Of a stretch of DNA of 32,372 nucleotides, positions 1 through 8,949 are shown in pieces. A program made the translations under genes and the position numbers. This stretch comes from a virus (taxonomy: Duplodnaviria > Caudoviricetes). How positions within the stretch are numbered: position 1 is the stretch's first letter; each line of letters starts with the position of its first letter. A model generated the notes under the pieces. It was given only the letters and a program-made list of their open reading frames with translations, ran no database searches and was not told where the DNA came from. The stretch is taken from IMG/VR virus record IMGVR_UViG_3300032373_001165, positions 1 to 32,372 of that record. The stretch is one strand, 5' to 3'.

Positions 1-315
1 ATGGGCGTGACCCAAGACGCAAAGCAAGATTGGCACCCGGCGGATATTAAGGCCGGAGTACAAAAGGCTGGTTTTACCATGGCAGAGCTTTCGCTTAAAC
101 ATGGTTATTGCAAGCATTATCTTTCCATGACGCTGCATCAATCAATGCCAAACGGTGAACTGATTATAGCCAAGGTTCTTAAAACAACCCCGAGCAAAAT
201 CTGGCCAAGCCGGTATGGCAAAGACAAACAGCCCCTGCGTGGACGTCTTCTTTCGAAGCGTGATAATCCCAAAAACAAGCCATCTGGTCAACGTCTAAAA
301 GAACAGGCGGCATAG
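1..315 (+). CDS. ner: Ner/Nlp-family HTH transcriptional regulator
   Basis: DWHPADIKA...ELIIAKVL..TPSKIWPSRY matches the Ner/SfsB signature; first gene of the early operon. Confidence 0.92.
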   Translation: MGVTQDAKQDWHPADIKAGVQKAGFTMAELSLKHGYCKHYLSMTLHQSMPNGELIIAKVLKTTPSKIWPSRYGKDKQPLRGRLLSKRDNPKNKPSGQRLKEQAA

Positions 316-317
316 AC

Positions 318-716
318 ATGGCACTTTCAAAGCAAATTCACAATCGCCGCCGAGTGAAACCAGAGCAAGATGTTCAAGTGGATATTCTTGGGCCAGTGCA
401 ATTGGGTGACTTTGCCGCTGGAACGTTAGAGGTGGTCGCGTATCGCACATCACCAGAGACGTCTTATGCGGTGGCTATCGCTGGAGATCGGCCGATTGAT
501 GAACGGCTTGTTTCAACACCGATCAGTTCATTTGGAGCCAGTTTGTTGGCGTTTGAATTGCTTTCCAGCGGCATACCAAGAGCGCACCAAGAAAATGCGG
601 TGATGAGTTTGGCGGCATGGGTGTTCGGATCACAATTAGACAATGGTGGCGCAGATCGCCAGCGAAAGTATTTGGAAGAAGTGGCAAAGAGCCACGGGTT
701 TGGTGAATGTGACTGA
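318..716 (+). CDS. hypothetical early protein
   Basis: 132-aa ORF packed between ner and the ParB-like gene. Confidence 0.7.
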   Translation: MALSKQIHNRRRVKPEQDVQVDILGPVQLGDFAAGTLEVVAYRTSPETSYAVAIAGDRPIDERLVSTPISSFGASLLAFELLSSGIPRAHQENAVMSLAAWVFGSQLDNGGADRQRKYLEEVAKSHGFGECD

Positions 717-1563
717 TAGCAACACCATCACTGAAGCAGTACCAGCCGAGCGGGTGCATCAAGTACCGTTGGGCAAAATTGATGCGGGCAGTCGGATCCG
801 GCAGGTAGATGATGCTTGGGCGCGAATTGTCGCCGATAGCTTTGTAGAAGTTGATCAATTACAGCCAATTGATTTGATGCAGCGTCCCGATGGTATATTG
901 CTTTTAATCGATGGAAAACACCGGTTACGGGCGGCAGAGTTACTGGGCTGGGAACATATTCGCGCCCATATCCGTGATCTGAATAGCGAGACTGTTCGGC
1001 TGCGGCAAATTGATGCCAATTTGATCCGCCGCGAGTTAAACCCACTGGATCGGGCGGCATTTTTGGCGGCGCGAAAAGACGTTTACGAGGCATTATATCC
1101 GGAAACCAAAAATGGTGCGCAGGGCGGAAAAGGTGGCAAAACCAATGAGACCGTAAAATTTGCGTTCTCAAAAGACGCTGCTGAAAAAACCGGACTTTCG
1201 CGCAGTACGATTGAAAAGGCCGTGTGGCTTGATGAGCATTTAACGCCGCTGGCAAAGGACAAAATTCAAGGCACTGCTCATGCTAATAAACAATCAGCGT
1301 TGATGGCTTTGGCGCGGCTTGATGATGAAGCTCAAATCAAGGTGGTTGATTTGATCACCCGTGAGAAAAAACCAGCTAAGACGGTAAAGGAAGCCCAAAA
1401 CATTGTGCTGGGCGTGCGCCAACAGCGCAGCCAGCGCGAAGTAAATTGCGATCGGTTGGTGGCTCTTTGGGTCAAGTCGGATGCGGCCACGCAAGCTGAT
1501 TTTTTAAGCTTCATTGCCGGTGCAAAACTACCGAAGGGTTGGGAGGTGACAAGTGCGTCGTAA
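709..1563 (+). CDS. ParB/Srx N-terminal domain protein with HTH
   Basis: QLQPIDL...LLIDGKHRLRAAELLGW motif, DANLIRRELNPLDRA, HTH AAEKTGLSRSTI; start placed at GTG 709 (GTGACTGA overlap with upstream stop). Confidence 0.88.
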   Translation: MTDSNTITEAVPAERVHQVPLGKIDAGSRIRQVDDAWARIVADSFVEVDQLQPIDLMQRPDGILLLIDGKHRLRAAELLGWEHIRAHIRDLNSETVRLRQIDANLIRRELNPLDRAAFLAARKDVYEALYPETKNGAQGGKGGKTNETVKFAFSKDAAEKTGLSRSTIEKAVWLDEHLTPLAKDKIQGTAHANKQSALMALARLDDEAQIKVVDLITREKKPAKTVKEAQNIVLGVRQQRSQREVNCDRLVALWVKSDAATQADFLSFIAGAKLPKGWEVTSAS

Positions 1564-2020
1564 ACCTTGCCCAAAAACCCTCGATTTGTTCGCTGATGGA
1601 TTGTTTCCGGTGCAAGCACCAAAGGAACCAGTGCCAGCGATGGATTTCAACGTGCGGATCGCGCAATTCATCGGCCGGGCTTTAAAAGAAACGTCAAAAT
1701 CACGAGCGCAAATTGCCGCCGAAATGAGCGAAATGCTTGGTGAAGATGTCTCCGTTCACATGCTAAATGCCTATTCAAGCCCAGCGCGCGAAGAGCACCG
1801 GATCAGTTTGGTGCGGTTCAAGTCATTAGCGCGGGTAACTGCATCTGTCTGGCTTTGGGAAGCCGCAGTTGAAGGCGATGGTTTGACTTTGCTGCAAGGT
1901 GAAGAAGCATTGTTGGCGCAAATTGGTGCGGTTGAACAACAAAAAAAGGCACTAGATGCGCGTTTGAAAGAGCTTAAATCCCATCCTCTGGTAAAACTGC
2001 AAAAGCGGAGTGCGCTATGA
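1553..2020 (+). CDS. phage regulatory/DNA-binding protein upstream of transposase
   Basis: SRAQIAAEMSEMLGEDVSVHMLNAYSS HTH-like segment; overlaps both neighbours. Confidence 0.75.
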   Translation: MRRKPCPKTLDLFADGLFPVQAPKEPVPAMDFNVRIAQFIGRALKETSKSRAQIAAEMSEMLGEDVSVHMLNAYSSPAREEHRISLVRFKSLARVTASVWLWEAAVEGDGLTLLQGEEALLAQIGAVEQQKKALDARLKELKSHPLVKLQKRSAL

Positions 2021-3963
2021 GTTGGTTCACCGCTTCGGAGATCGCGACACTGGCGCTGCCGGGACTTCCTGCAACCAAAGGGAAGGTGAATTTACGTGCC
2101 AAGAACGAAGCGTGGAAAACCAGACAAGACACAAGTGGTAAAGTGCTATTTCGCCGTCGTAAACGTCGAGGTGGTGGGATTGAATATCATTATTCAGTTT
2201 TACCGCCGATGGCCGTGGCAGCCTTGGCTGCGCGTGGGTTAATAGCAGAATCAAAGGCAGTTATTGCAAGTGCAAAAGCCGGGTCAGGCGCGGTGATGGA
2301 TTGGGATATATTCGAGCAATTACCAGACGCGAAGAAAAAGATCGCCAAGCGCCGCCTTGAATACCTCAAACGCATTCAAATGCTGGTGCGCGCCGGGCAA
2401 ACCAGAACTGCGGCGGTCTGCCATGTGGCGGCTGATGCAGGTGTGTCCACCGCTACCATTTACAATTGGATTAAGTTAACCAAAGGTTTGCGGGCAGATG
2501 CCCGATTGCCGGCATTGGCTCCTAAAACTGCCGGGCGGGTGAAACTTGCTGATTGTCCGGAAGAAGCGCTAGCGATCATCAAGTCTGATTGGCTTAGGTT
2601 GTCAAAACCTAGCTTTGAAGCCTGTTTTGACCGGCTTCAACTGATCGCCAATGACAAGGGTTGGAAATTACCAGCTAGCCGAACTTTGTTTCGACGTTTG
2701 CAGCGCGAAGTACCAGAAGCAGTGCAGGTGATGTGCCGCGATGGCTTTGAGAAATTGGAAAGAATGTATCCGCCAATGGATCGGGATCGCTCGCATTTTC
2801 ACGCGATGGAAGCGCTAAATGCTGATGGTCACCGCTGGGACGTATTTGTTACAGACGAGCCGGATGGCAAGCCTTATCGACCATTGTTGATGGCTATTCA
2901 GGACTTGTATTCCGGTAAACTTGTTGGCTGGCGTTTCGCCAAGTCCGAGGGCGCGGATACTGTTCGCCTTGCCTTTGGTGATGTGTTTCGCAACTTTGGC
3001 ATTCCTGATCGGGTCTGGCTTGATAATGGCCGGGGCTTTGCCTCCAAATGGATTACTGGCGGCACACCTAACCGGTTTCGTTTTAAGGTAAAGCCCGAAG
3101 ACCCGGTGGGCGTTTTAACCGCCTTGGGCGTTAAAATCCACTGGACGCGGCCATATCGCGGTCAATCAAAACCGATCGAGCGGGCGTTTCGTGATTTTTG
3201 CGACCGGATCGCCAAACACCCGGCTTTTGAGGGCGCGTACACCGGTAATTCAACCAGCACCAAACCTGAAAATTACGGTTCCCGTGCGGTGCCATTTGCT
3301 CAATTTAAGGCAATCGTTGAGGCTGGAATACGCCAGCACAATGCCAAGGCAGGACGGCGGACGCGGGTTTGCGCCGGCAAGGATAGTTTTGATGGAGTAT
3401 TCGAGAAATCATACGCGCAAGCTCCGGTTCGCCAAGCATCTGAAGCGCAATTGCGCTCATTCCTGCTGGCGGCGGAAAAGCGTTTTGCTGATCGCAAAAC
3501 CGGCGCAGTTGAATTGTTCGGCAATCGTTATTGGTCGGAAGAAGTTGCCACTTTGCGCGGCACTCATGTGGTGATCAGGTTCGATCCTGATCGCTTACAA
3601 GAACCCGTGCATATTTACCGACTCGATGGTTCTTATGTTGGCGTTGCTGCCGTGATGCAAGCTGGCAGGTTTAACAGTTCTGCTGATGCCAGAACCCATG
3701 AGAACGCTCGCAAAAAATGGATCAAGGCGCAAAAAGAATTGGCAGCTTATGAGAAGACACTAGAGCCGCGCGAAATTGCCGCCATGTTACCAGAAATTGA
3801 CGAATTGCCAGAATTGCCAAGGCCAAAAGTAGCACGAATAGCAAGTGCAAATGGTCAAGCGGTAGTGGCAGCCCAACAACAACAAGAATTTGAAGCGTCT
3901 TTGGAAGCCGGTTTAGCGGCGTTTGAAGAGGTTTCGGAGCGACGATTACACATCGTCAAATAG
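2017..3963 (+). CDS. MuA-like DDE transposase
   Basis: N-terminal Mu DNA-binding domain (WFTASEIA..LPGLP, GGGIEYH), catalytic ADGH / LDNG / IERAF, C-terminal IRFDPDRL domain. Confidence 0.97.
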   Translation: MSWFTASEIATLALPGLPATKGKVNLRAKNEAWKTRQDTSGKVLFRRRKRRGGGIEYHYSVLPPMAVAALAARGLIAESKAVIASAKAGSGAVMDWDIFEQLPDAKKKIAKRRLEYLKRIQMLVRAGQTRTAAVCHVAADAGVSTATIYNWIKLTKGLRADARLPALAPKTAGRVKLADCPEEALAIIKSDWLRLSKPSFEACFDRLQLIANDKGWKLPASRTLFRRLQREVPEAVQVMCRDGFEKLERMYPPMDRDRSHFHAMEALNADGHRWDVFVTDEPDGKPYRPLLMAIQDLYSGKLVGWRFAKSEGADTVRLAFGDVFRNFGIPDRVWLDNGRGFASKWITGGTPNRFRFKVKPEDPVGVLTALGVKIHWTRPYRGQSKPIERAFRDFCDRIAKHPAFEGAYTGNSTSTKPENYGSRAVPFAQFKAIVEAGIRQHNAKAGRRTRVCAGKDSFDGVFEKSYAQAPVRQASEAQLRSFLLAAEKRFADRKTGAVELFGNRYWSEEVATLRGTHVVIRFDPDRLQEPVHIYRLDGSYVGVAAVMQAGRFNSSADARTHENARKKWIKAQKELAAYEKTLEPREIAAMLPEIDELPELPRPKVARIASANGQAVVAAQQQQEFEASLEAGLAAFEEVSERRLHIVK

Positions 3964-3964
3964 C

Positions 3965-3998
3965 GAAGAGTGCGGGCTACCAACCAAACGCACTCTTC
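3965..3998 (+). promoter_or_regulatory. 10-bp perfect stem-loop between MuA and MuB
   Basis: GAAGAGTGCG (3965-3974) / CGCACTCTTC (3989-3998), 14-nt loop, no U-tract. Confidence 0.55.
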
Positions 3999-4030
3999 AA
4001 ATGTCAATATGGACACAAAGGAGCCATACC

Positions 4031-5008
4031 ATGAATGCCGATTTAGGACAAACAAAATTTAGCGAAGAAGAGGTGAGCCGTCTTCGGACGGAAGTTAAGC
4101 GCCTGCGCGATGGCGAAATGTTGTCGTGGAATGACATCAATCGCGAAAGCGAAATCCCTGCGGCGACAATGTCGTCTTGGATGAATGATAAATACACCGG
4201 CAATAACCAAAATGTGACAGCGCGTGTCAAGCTTTGGCTTGATGCTCGTGAAGAACAGGCTGAATTACACTCGGTAATGCCAGCGGCGCAAAACTACCAG
4301 CCGACAACAACATCGGCGCAGATAATTAACCGTTTGCGCTTTGCTCATACCTTGGAAGATTTTGCGCTAATTGCTGGCGGGCCGGGTATTGGTAAAACTT
4401 CGGCGATCAAGCAATATCAAGCCACCCGTCCACGGGTGACCGTAGTCACGATGGCACCGTCGTCAAAGGCCGTGAACAACATGCTAGCGCGGGTTTTAAC
4501 AGTTATGGGCGATACCACGGCCACCGGCGTTGCCTATCATTTGGCGCATAAAGTTCGGGCAAAGATCGGTGATGGACGCGGTTCGATGCTGATCTTTGAT
4601 GATGCGCAAAACCTGTCTGATCTGGCTGTTGAAGAGATACGAACCATTCACGATGAAACCGGAATTGCCATTGCTTTAGTTGGCAACCAAGAAGTGTTTG
4701 CTCGGCTTGATGGCGCTGGTCGTACCGCAGCTTTTGCTCAGATCACCAGCCGGATCGGTACGAGGTTTAACCAAAACCGACCGCACGACGAAGATGTGGA
4801 AGTTTTGGCGGCCAGTTGGGGCATTGATGATGCCGTCAGTTTGGTATTCTTGAAAAAAATTGCAGCCAAACCCGGTGCACTTCGAGGTGTAACCAAAACC
4901 GTTCGTCTCGGCACAATGCTGGCGCACGGTGAAAACAACCCACTGGCTTTTTCCCACCTAAAATCAGCTTGGCGGCAATTGGGTCAAGATATCAGGCCGG
5001 TCGTTTAA
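4031..5008 (+). CDS. MuB-like AAA+ DNA transposition protein
   Basis: Walker A GGPGIGKT, Walker B LIFDDAQ, ALVGN, GALR motifs; AAGGAG RBS before ATG 4031. Confidence 0.95.
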   Translation: MNADLGQTKFSEEEVSRLRTEVKRLRDGEMLSWNDINRESEIPAATMSSWMNDKYTGNNQNVTARVKLWLDAREEQAELHSVMPAAQNYQPTTTSAQIINRLRFAHTLEDFALIAGGPGIGKTSAIKQYQATRPRVTVVTMAPSSKAVNNMLARVLTVMGDTTATGVAYHLAHKVRAKIGDGRGSMLIFDDAQNLSDLAVEEIRTIHDETGIAIALVGNQEVFARLDGAGRTAAFAQITSRIGTRFNQNRPHDEDVEVLAASWGIDDAVSLVFLKKIAAKPGALRGVTKTVRLGTMLAHGENNPLAFSHLKSAWRQLGQDIRPVV

Positions 5009-5019
5009 AGGAGAAAATC

Positions 5020-5412
5020 ATGACTATTCCAAACCAATTACAAGAAATGCGCGATTTGATCGTTAACCAGCAAAAAATTGCTAGTGTGTTCCAAACCAAT
5101 GCCAAAAGTTTAAGCAAAACCTTGAGCAAAATCGCAGAAAGATGCGCTGATTATGTTGAGATTTGCCCAAGCAAAACCCCTGCTTATGAAGTTAAGCAGG
5201 TGGCTCAGTTAATAACTTTTCTGCAGGATAAGTTAAGCATTGGCCTGCTTTATGATGATCTAATTACTGCATTGAAACTATTGTTGCAGCACACCGACAA
5301 GATGATCGATCAGGCTCGCCAAATCATAGTTCATGGCGGCGATAATGTGGTGGCATTTAAGCGACCATTACCGGCCTGCTTCTTGCCAATAAATGGTGGA
5401 GATGCAGCATGA
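5020..5412 (+). CDS. hypothetical protein
   Basis: AAGGAG RBS then ATG at 5020; ATGA overlap with next gene. Confidence 0.7.
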   Translation: MTIPNQLQEMRDLIVNQQKIASVFQTNAKSLSKTLSKIAERCADYVEICPSKTPAYEVKQVAQLITFLQDKLSIGLLYDDLITALKLLLQHTDKMIDQARQIIVHGGDNVVAFKRPLPACFLPINGGDAA

Positions 5413-5666
5413 ACGATCGCCTCAATTCAGAAGACTGTGCCAATGCCAAGGCCTATAGCGAAGATAAAGCAGCCAAGGGCAAGTGGCGTGATCCAGCACC
5501 GCTCCGGGATTGGATAACCGCGAGCTTGGCCGAACTTAACCCGGAGCAGGTGACGGTAGATCAGGTCATCACCTGCATTTTGGGTGAGCTTGACGACCTT
5601 GGGGTCAATCTGGATCCCGCCTATCAAATTACTAAAGCCAAAAAGGAGAGCAATAATGGCTCGTAA
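5409..5666 (+). CDS. hypothetical protein
   Basis: Translationally coupled 85-aa ORF. Confidence 0.65.
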   Translation: MNDRLNSEDCANAKAYSEDKAAKGKWRDPAPLRDWITASLAELNPEQVTVDQVITCILGELDDLGVNLDPAYQITKAKKESNNGS

Positions 5667-6201
5667 AACCAAAAGCAAAGCACCGGCATTTGAGGCGGCG
5701 CAAAGCAAAACCGATGCTGCTGATCGGATCGCCAACATTGGCAATCTGCGGCGGCAATTGCAAGTAATCGAGGCCGAGCAGTCCGAGGCGATTGCGGCGA
5801 TTAAAAAGCAAGCGGAAGCCAAAGCTGCTGGGATCAAAGAGCGGTTATCTCAAGAAGAACCAGCGGTGCAGGCTTGGTGTGAAGCCAACCGGGAAAAACT
5901 AACGCTTTCTGGCAAGAAAAAGAGCTTTGACTTTGGCTCTGGTGTTGTCAGGTGGAGACAGCGGCCACCAGCAGTTCGATTGCGTGGCATTGCTGATGTT
6001 ATTGAGCGGTTACGCGCTCTGGGGTTTACCGAGTTCCTACGCCAGAAAACCGAAGTTGACAAAGACGCGGTTTTGAAAAACCCGGAAAAAGCTAGTGCCA
6101 TTGCCGGGATTACCATTGTTTCCGGGGTTGAGGATTTTGTTATTGAGCCAGTGGATGAGAAACTCTCCGACAGGTTGGCTGAACACCGGGAGGCATCGTG
6201 A
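5656..6201 (+). CDS. gam: Mu Gam-like host-nuclease inhibitor
   Basis: VQAWCEANR..LT...KKKSFDFGSGVVRWRQRPPAV, EVDKDAVL, GVEDFVIEP; AAGGAG RBS. Confidence 0.95.
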   Translation: MARKTKSKAPAFEAAQSKTDAADRIANIGNLRRQLQVIEAEQSEAIAAIKKQAEAKAAGIKERLSQEEPAVQAWCEANREKLTLSGKKKSFDFGSGVVRWRQRPPAVRLRGIADVIERLRALGFTEFLRQKTEVDKDAVLKNPEKASAIAGITIVSGVEDFVIEPVDEKLSDRLAEHREAS

Positions 6202-6407
6202 TGACGTGCAATACAATCGACACCGGTGATCTGGTCGAAATTACCATGGAATGCCTACTAGATGAGGACGGGTATAAATCATGGCTGGCCTCACTCGATG
6301 GCAGCCGTGATGCCGCCGTTTGGCTGCCTAAAAAGGTTTGCGATTGGGACGGTGAAACCACTTTTTGGGTGCCGAAATGGTTGGCCTATGAAAAGGGATT
6401 GATCTGA
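6198..6407 (+). CDS. small hypothetical phage protein
   Basis: Coupled ORF; VWLPKK...VPKWLAYEKGLI motif typical of small phage proteins. Confidence 0.7.
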   Translation: MMTCNTIDTGDLVEITMECLLDEDGYKSWLASLDGSRDAAVWLPKKVCDWDGETTFWVPKWLAYEKGLI

Positions 6408-6649
6408 TGCGTGCGCAAAAATGTTCGGTTAAAAACTGTCTACGCCATGCCAATGGCGCAACAATGTGCAGCGCGCACTGGCGGCGGATCAAAAACACTG
6501 CACCCGGTTTGGCGGTTTTACAGGCCAAAACAAATTGGTTTGCCAGTGAAACCATGAGCGAAACCCGCATTGCAAAGATGCGTTTTGAAATTGCGGCTCG
6601 AGAAGCCGTTAAATTTGCCGAGGAATTGGACAAAGGAGAACGCGTTTGA
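6407..6649 (+). CDS. hypothetical protein with N-terminal Cys/His cluster
   Basis: CSVKNC...MCSAHW, possible Zn ligand set; TGATG coupling. Confidence 0.65.
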   Translation: MRAQKCSVKNCLRHANGATMCSAHWRRIKNTAPGLAVLQAKTNWFASETMSETRIAKMRFEIAAREAVKFAEELDKGERV

Positions 6650-7155
6650 TTATGAAAGTTGATAGACAAAGCCGCTCTGCACGCTTGTTTGAACTGGCGG
6701 TTCGCGCCAGAAAAATAGAGAATGAACGCGATGCGATCAATGGTGCCGATCAAGACGTGGCCTTGGCTTTGGCACAGTATGACATCTCCTTGGCCGATCT
6801 GCGCTCTGGTCGGCGCACCTTAAAACTGGTGCAAGCGCGGCGCAGCGCCTTTCAATTGCTGTTAGCCAGAGGTTGGTCACCGGCCAAGGTGGCGAGATAT
6901 TTAGGTGTACCGGCAGCAAAGGCCTTTAACTGGCGCAGAATGGCAAAAAGTGTCGCAGAGCGGCATGGGTTAAAGCTGCCGGATATTTTGGGTAATGAAA
7001 AAACCAAAAAAGTGGCAACAGCCCGTCAAGAAGTGATGTTTGAATTGCGCGACCGGGGCTGGTCTTACGCGCAAATTGGTCAAGCCATGGCCCGCGATCA
7101 CAGCACGATCCTGCACGGGGTTAAAGCTCATGAGAAAAGGTTGATGGATGTCTAA
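6646..7155 (+). CDS. protein with tandem DnaA domain IV-like HTH domains
   Basis: ARQEVMFELRDRGWSYAQIGQAMARDHSTILHGV resembles the DnaA C-terminal signature; degenerate first copy ARRSAFQLLLARGWSPAKVARYLG. Confidence 0.82.
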   Translation: MIMKVDRQSRSARLFELAVRARKIENERDAINGADQDVALALAQYDISLADLRSGRRTLKLVQARRSAFQLLLARGWSPAKVARYLGVPAAKAFNWRRMAKSVAERHGLKLPDILGNEKTKKVATARQEVMFELRDRGWSYAQIGQAMARDHSTILHGVKAHEKRLMDV

Positions 7156-7555
7156 TCGCCGCGCCATGCTCGCCAAAATCCACATTGCCAAAAAAGAGCT
7201 GGGTCTCGATGATGAAACCTATCGGGCAAAGTTGTGCCAAATCACGGGCAAGAACAGTTCCGGCAAAATGAGTTTTGCCGAACTGGGTCAGGTGGTTGCG
7301 GCGTTCAAAACCAGCGGCTGGAAAGCAAACAAAAAAAACGCACACCGTCCACGCGCCGCTAATGCCTCGGCGCGCAAAATTTACGCCATGTGGACAGAGC
7401 TAAAACACCTTGGCTTGGTGAGCGCCGTGCGGCCCGATGGGTTTGTTAAACGAATGACCGGCAAGGATCGGCTGGAGTTATTGGGTTCCGATCAAGCACA
7501 AAAAGTAATTGAGGGATTAAAAGCAATTAAGGCGCGGGGCGCTGGCGATGTCTGA
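7148..7555 (+). CDS. gemA: GemA / Mu gp16 (DUF1018) regulatory protein
   Basis: LAKIHIAKKELGLDDETYR..L...TGKNS, KIYAMW, KVIEGLK. Confidence 0.94.
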   Translation: MSNRRAMLAKIHIAKKELGLDDETYRAKLCQITGKNSSGKMSFAELGQVVAAFKTSGWKANKKNAHRPRAANASARKIYAMWTELKHLGLVSAVRPDGFVKRMTGKDRLELLGSDQAQKVIEGLKAIKARGAGDV

Positions 7556-8054
7556 TCGGGACATAAACACCTTCCCAAGTACAATTGCACCACGCGTTTG
7601 GGCATCCAGTCAATGGGAAACCGGGGGCTTGGTCTTTGCGGTAGACTTTACCATGCAAAGCGCGACCCGCTGCACAGTTGTAGGCGGTTTGAGAAAACAC
7701 CTTGACCTCCTGATAAATCTTCGTTTTTCCAAGGTGGTCGGCTTTAACTTGCCGATTAAAATTCCAGCCAATCCGGGCAATGGTATCATGGTAAGCGGTC
7801 AGTGGGTCTGCTTTGCCTTTGGGTGTCAGCCGTTCAAACGCCTCAATGGCAAATACGACATTGCCGCGCAAGCCAGCGGCCTTCAATTGCTCTTTGTTCA
7901 TCTTTCTGCCCCGTTTGCGCACCCGCGCGGCAATGTTGCTGGAACTGTCCTTGGGAAGTTGGGTTTTGATGCTTTTCGCCAGCCAAGAGACGTCATCTGG
8001 TTTGAAATATCCGAGCGCAATAATGGCCTCCTTACACAACTGTTCGACGGTCAT
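7527..8054 (-). CDS. orphan reverse-strand protein with C-terminal Cys cluster
   Basis: 175-aa ORF with GAGG RBS on the - strand; C..GRALHGKVY....P.FPLTGCPNAWCNC. Confidence 0.72.
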   Translation of the reverse strand: MTVEQLCKEAIIALGYFKPDDVSWLAKSIKTQLPKDSSSNIAARVRKRGRKMNKEQLKAAGLRGNVVFAIEAFERLTPKGKADPLTAYHDTIARIGWNFNRQVKADHLGKTKIYQEVKVFSQTAYNCAAGRALHGKVYRKDQAPGFPLTGCPNAWCNCTWEGVYVPIRHRQRPAP

Positions 8055-8067
8055 TTTTCCCTCACCC

Positions 8068-8096
8068 TTGTTTTATTCACGAATCAAGCATACCTT
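8068..8096 (+). promoter_or_regulatory. putative sigma70 promoter for the C4/antirepressor transcript
   Basis: TTGTTT (8068-8073), 17 bp, TACCTT (8091-8096), directly upstream of the structured leader. Confidence 0.5.
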
Positions 8097-8105
8097 GTGA
8101 TTGCT

Positions 8106-8150
8106 CCGACATCCAGTCGGGCCGGGTTTCGAAGCTCGAATTTTACTAGG
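8106..8150 (+). promoter_or_regulatory. upstream C4 target region (a1/b1-like)
   Basis: CCGAC/GTCGG hairpin, then TTCGAAG (8128-8134) and TTACTAGG (8143-8150), complementary to unpaired segments of the downstream RNA. Confidence 0.75.
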
Positions 8151-8160
8151 CGCTTGAAGC

Positions 8161-8185
8161 GCCACGCAGTTTGCGTGGTTTTTTT
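8161..8185 (+). terminator. intrinsic terminator-like hairpin in the C4 leader
   Basis: GCCACGCA-GTT-TGCGTGGT followed by a T tract. Confidence 0.7.
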
Positions 8186-8186
8186 A

Positions 8187-8262
8187 TGGTCGGGCGCAAT
8201 GGGAGACCTTCGGGTCTGCCGTGTCCTAGTGAGCGGTCTTCGAACCCGTTGTCGTCCGACCA
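8187..8262 (+). ncRNA. C4-like (P1 c4 / P4 CI) antisense RNA
   Basis: Closing stems TGGTCGGGCG/CGTCCGACCA and CAATGGG/CCCGTTG, AGACC-TTCG-GGTCT hairpin; unpaired TCCTAGTGA (8224-8232) and CTTCGAA (8238-8244) have complements both upstream and downstream (8268-8274, 8292-8300). Confidence 0.82.
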
Positions 8263-8307
8263 CCAGTTTCGAAGTTGTGGGTCGGGCCTTTTCACTAGGA
8301 GGTCAAT

Positions 8308-8949
8308 ATGACCCGAACACTATTATTCCAACAAACCGCACTGGAAGTGATCCGGATGGAGGGCCAAAACTGGCTAAGGGGGCCTCAGCTTGGGGCGGCC
8401 TTGGGCTTTTCTGGAGACCATCAAAAAGCAATTCGAACACTTTACAAACGCAATGCACCCGAGTTCACACCGGAAATGACCACGGCGCTGGAATTACCGA
8501 GCAAAGGCGGCATGCAATTGACCCGGATATTTTCAGCACGCGGCGCAGCCTTGCTGGCGATGCTGGCCAAAACCGACAAGGCAGCAGATTTTCGGGCATG
8601 GGTGCTGGATGTGCTGGAGAACCAGCAGGAGCAGAGCGAAGAAATGGAAGTGCTGCGGCGGTTCAATGTGCTGCTACGTACACACCTTTTGGCAGCCAAT
8701 CCGATTTGGAACCAGATCGAGCGCTATGTGGAGGCAGGGTACCGGATCGAGGCGATCGCCCGGTTCACCCGGCGCTCCGTGGCTTTAATTTCCCGGCACC
8801 ACGAAGAAATGAAACGCTGCGGGGTGGTCGCCTCTTTGATGCGCGGAGAAAACGGCCTCATCGGCGCAAAATGGGTGGATCATACGGGGCATGTGGAAAT
8901 GCCAGAGCGGTGCAAAGCCGCGTTTGGCGTGGAGGATGGCAATGTCTGA
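8308..8949 (+). CDS. ant: BRO-N domain antirepressor
   Basis: WLRGPQLGAALG...LYKRNAPEF...TRIFSARGAALLAMLAKTDKAADFRAWVLDVL; AGGAGG RBS; follows C4 element. Confidence 0.88.
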   Translation: MTRTLLFQQTALEVIRMEGQNWLRGPQLGAALGFSGDHQKAIRTLYKRNAPEFTPEMTTALELPSKGGMQLTRIFSARGAALLAMLAKTDKAADFRAWVLDVLENQQEQSEEMEVLRRFNVLLRTHLLAANPIWNQIERYVEAGYRIEAIARFTRRSVALISRHHEEMKRCGVVASLMRGENGLIGAKWVDHTGHVEMPERCKAAFGVEDGNV

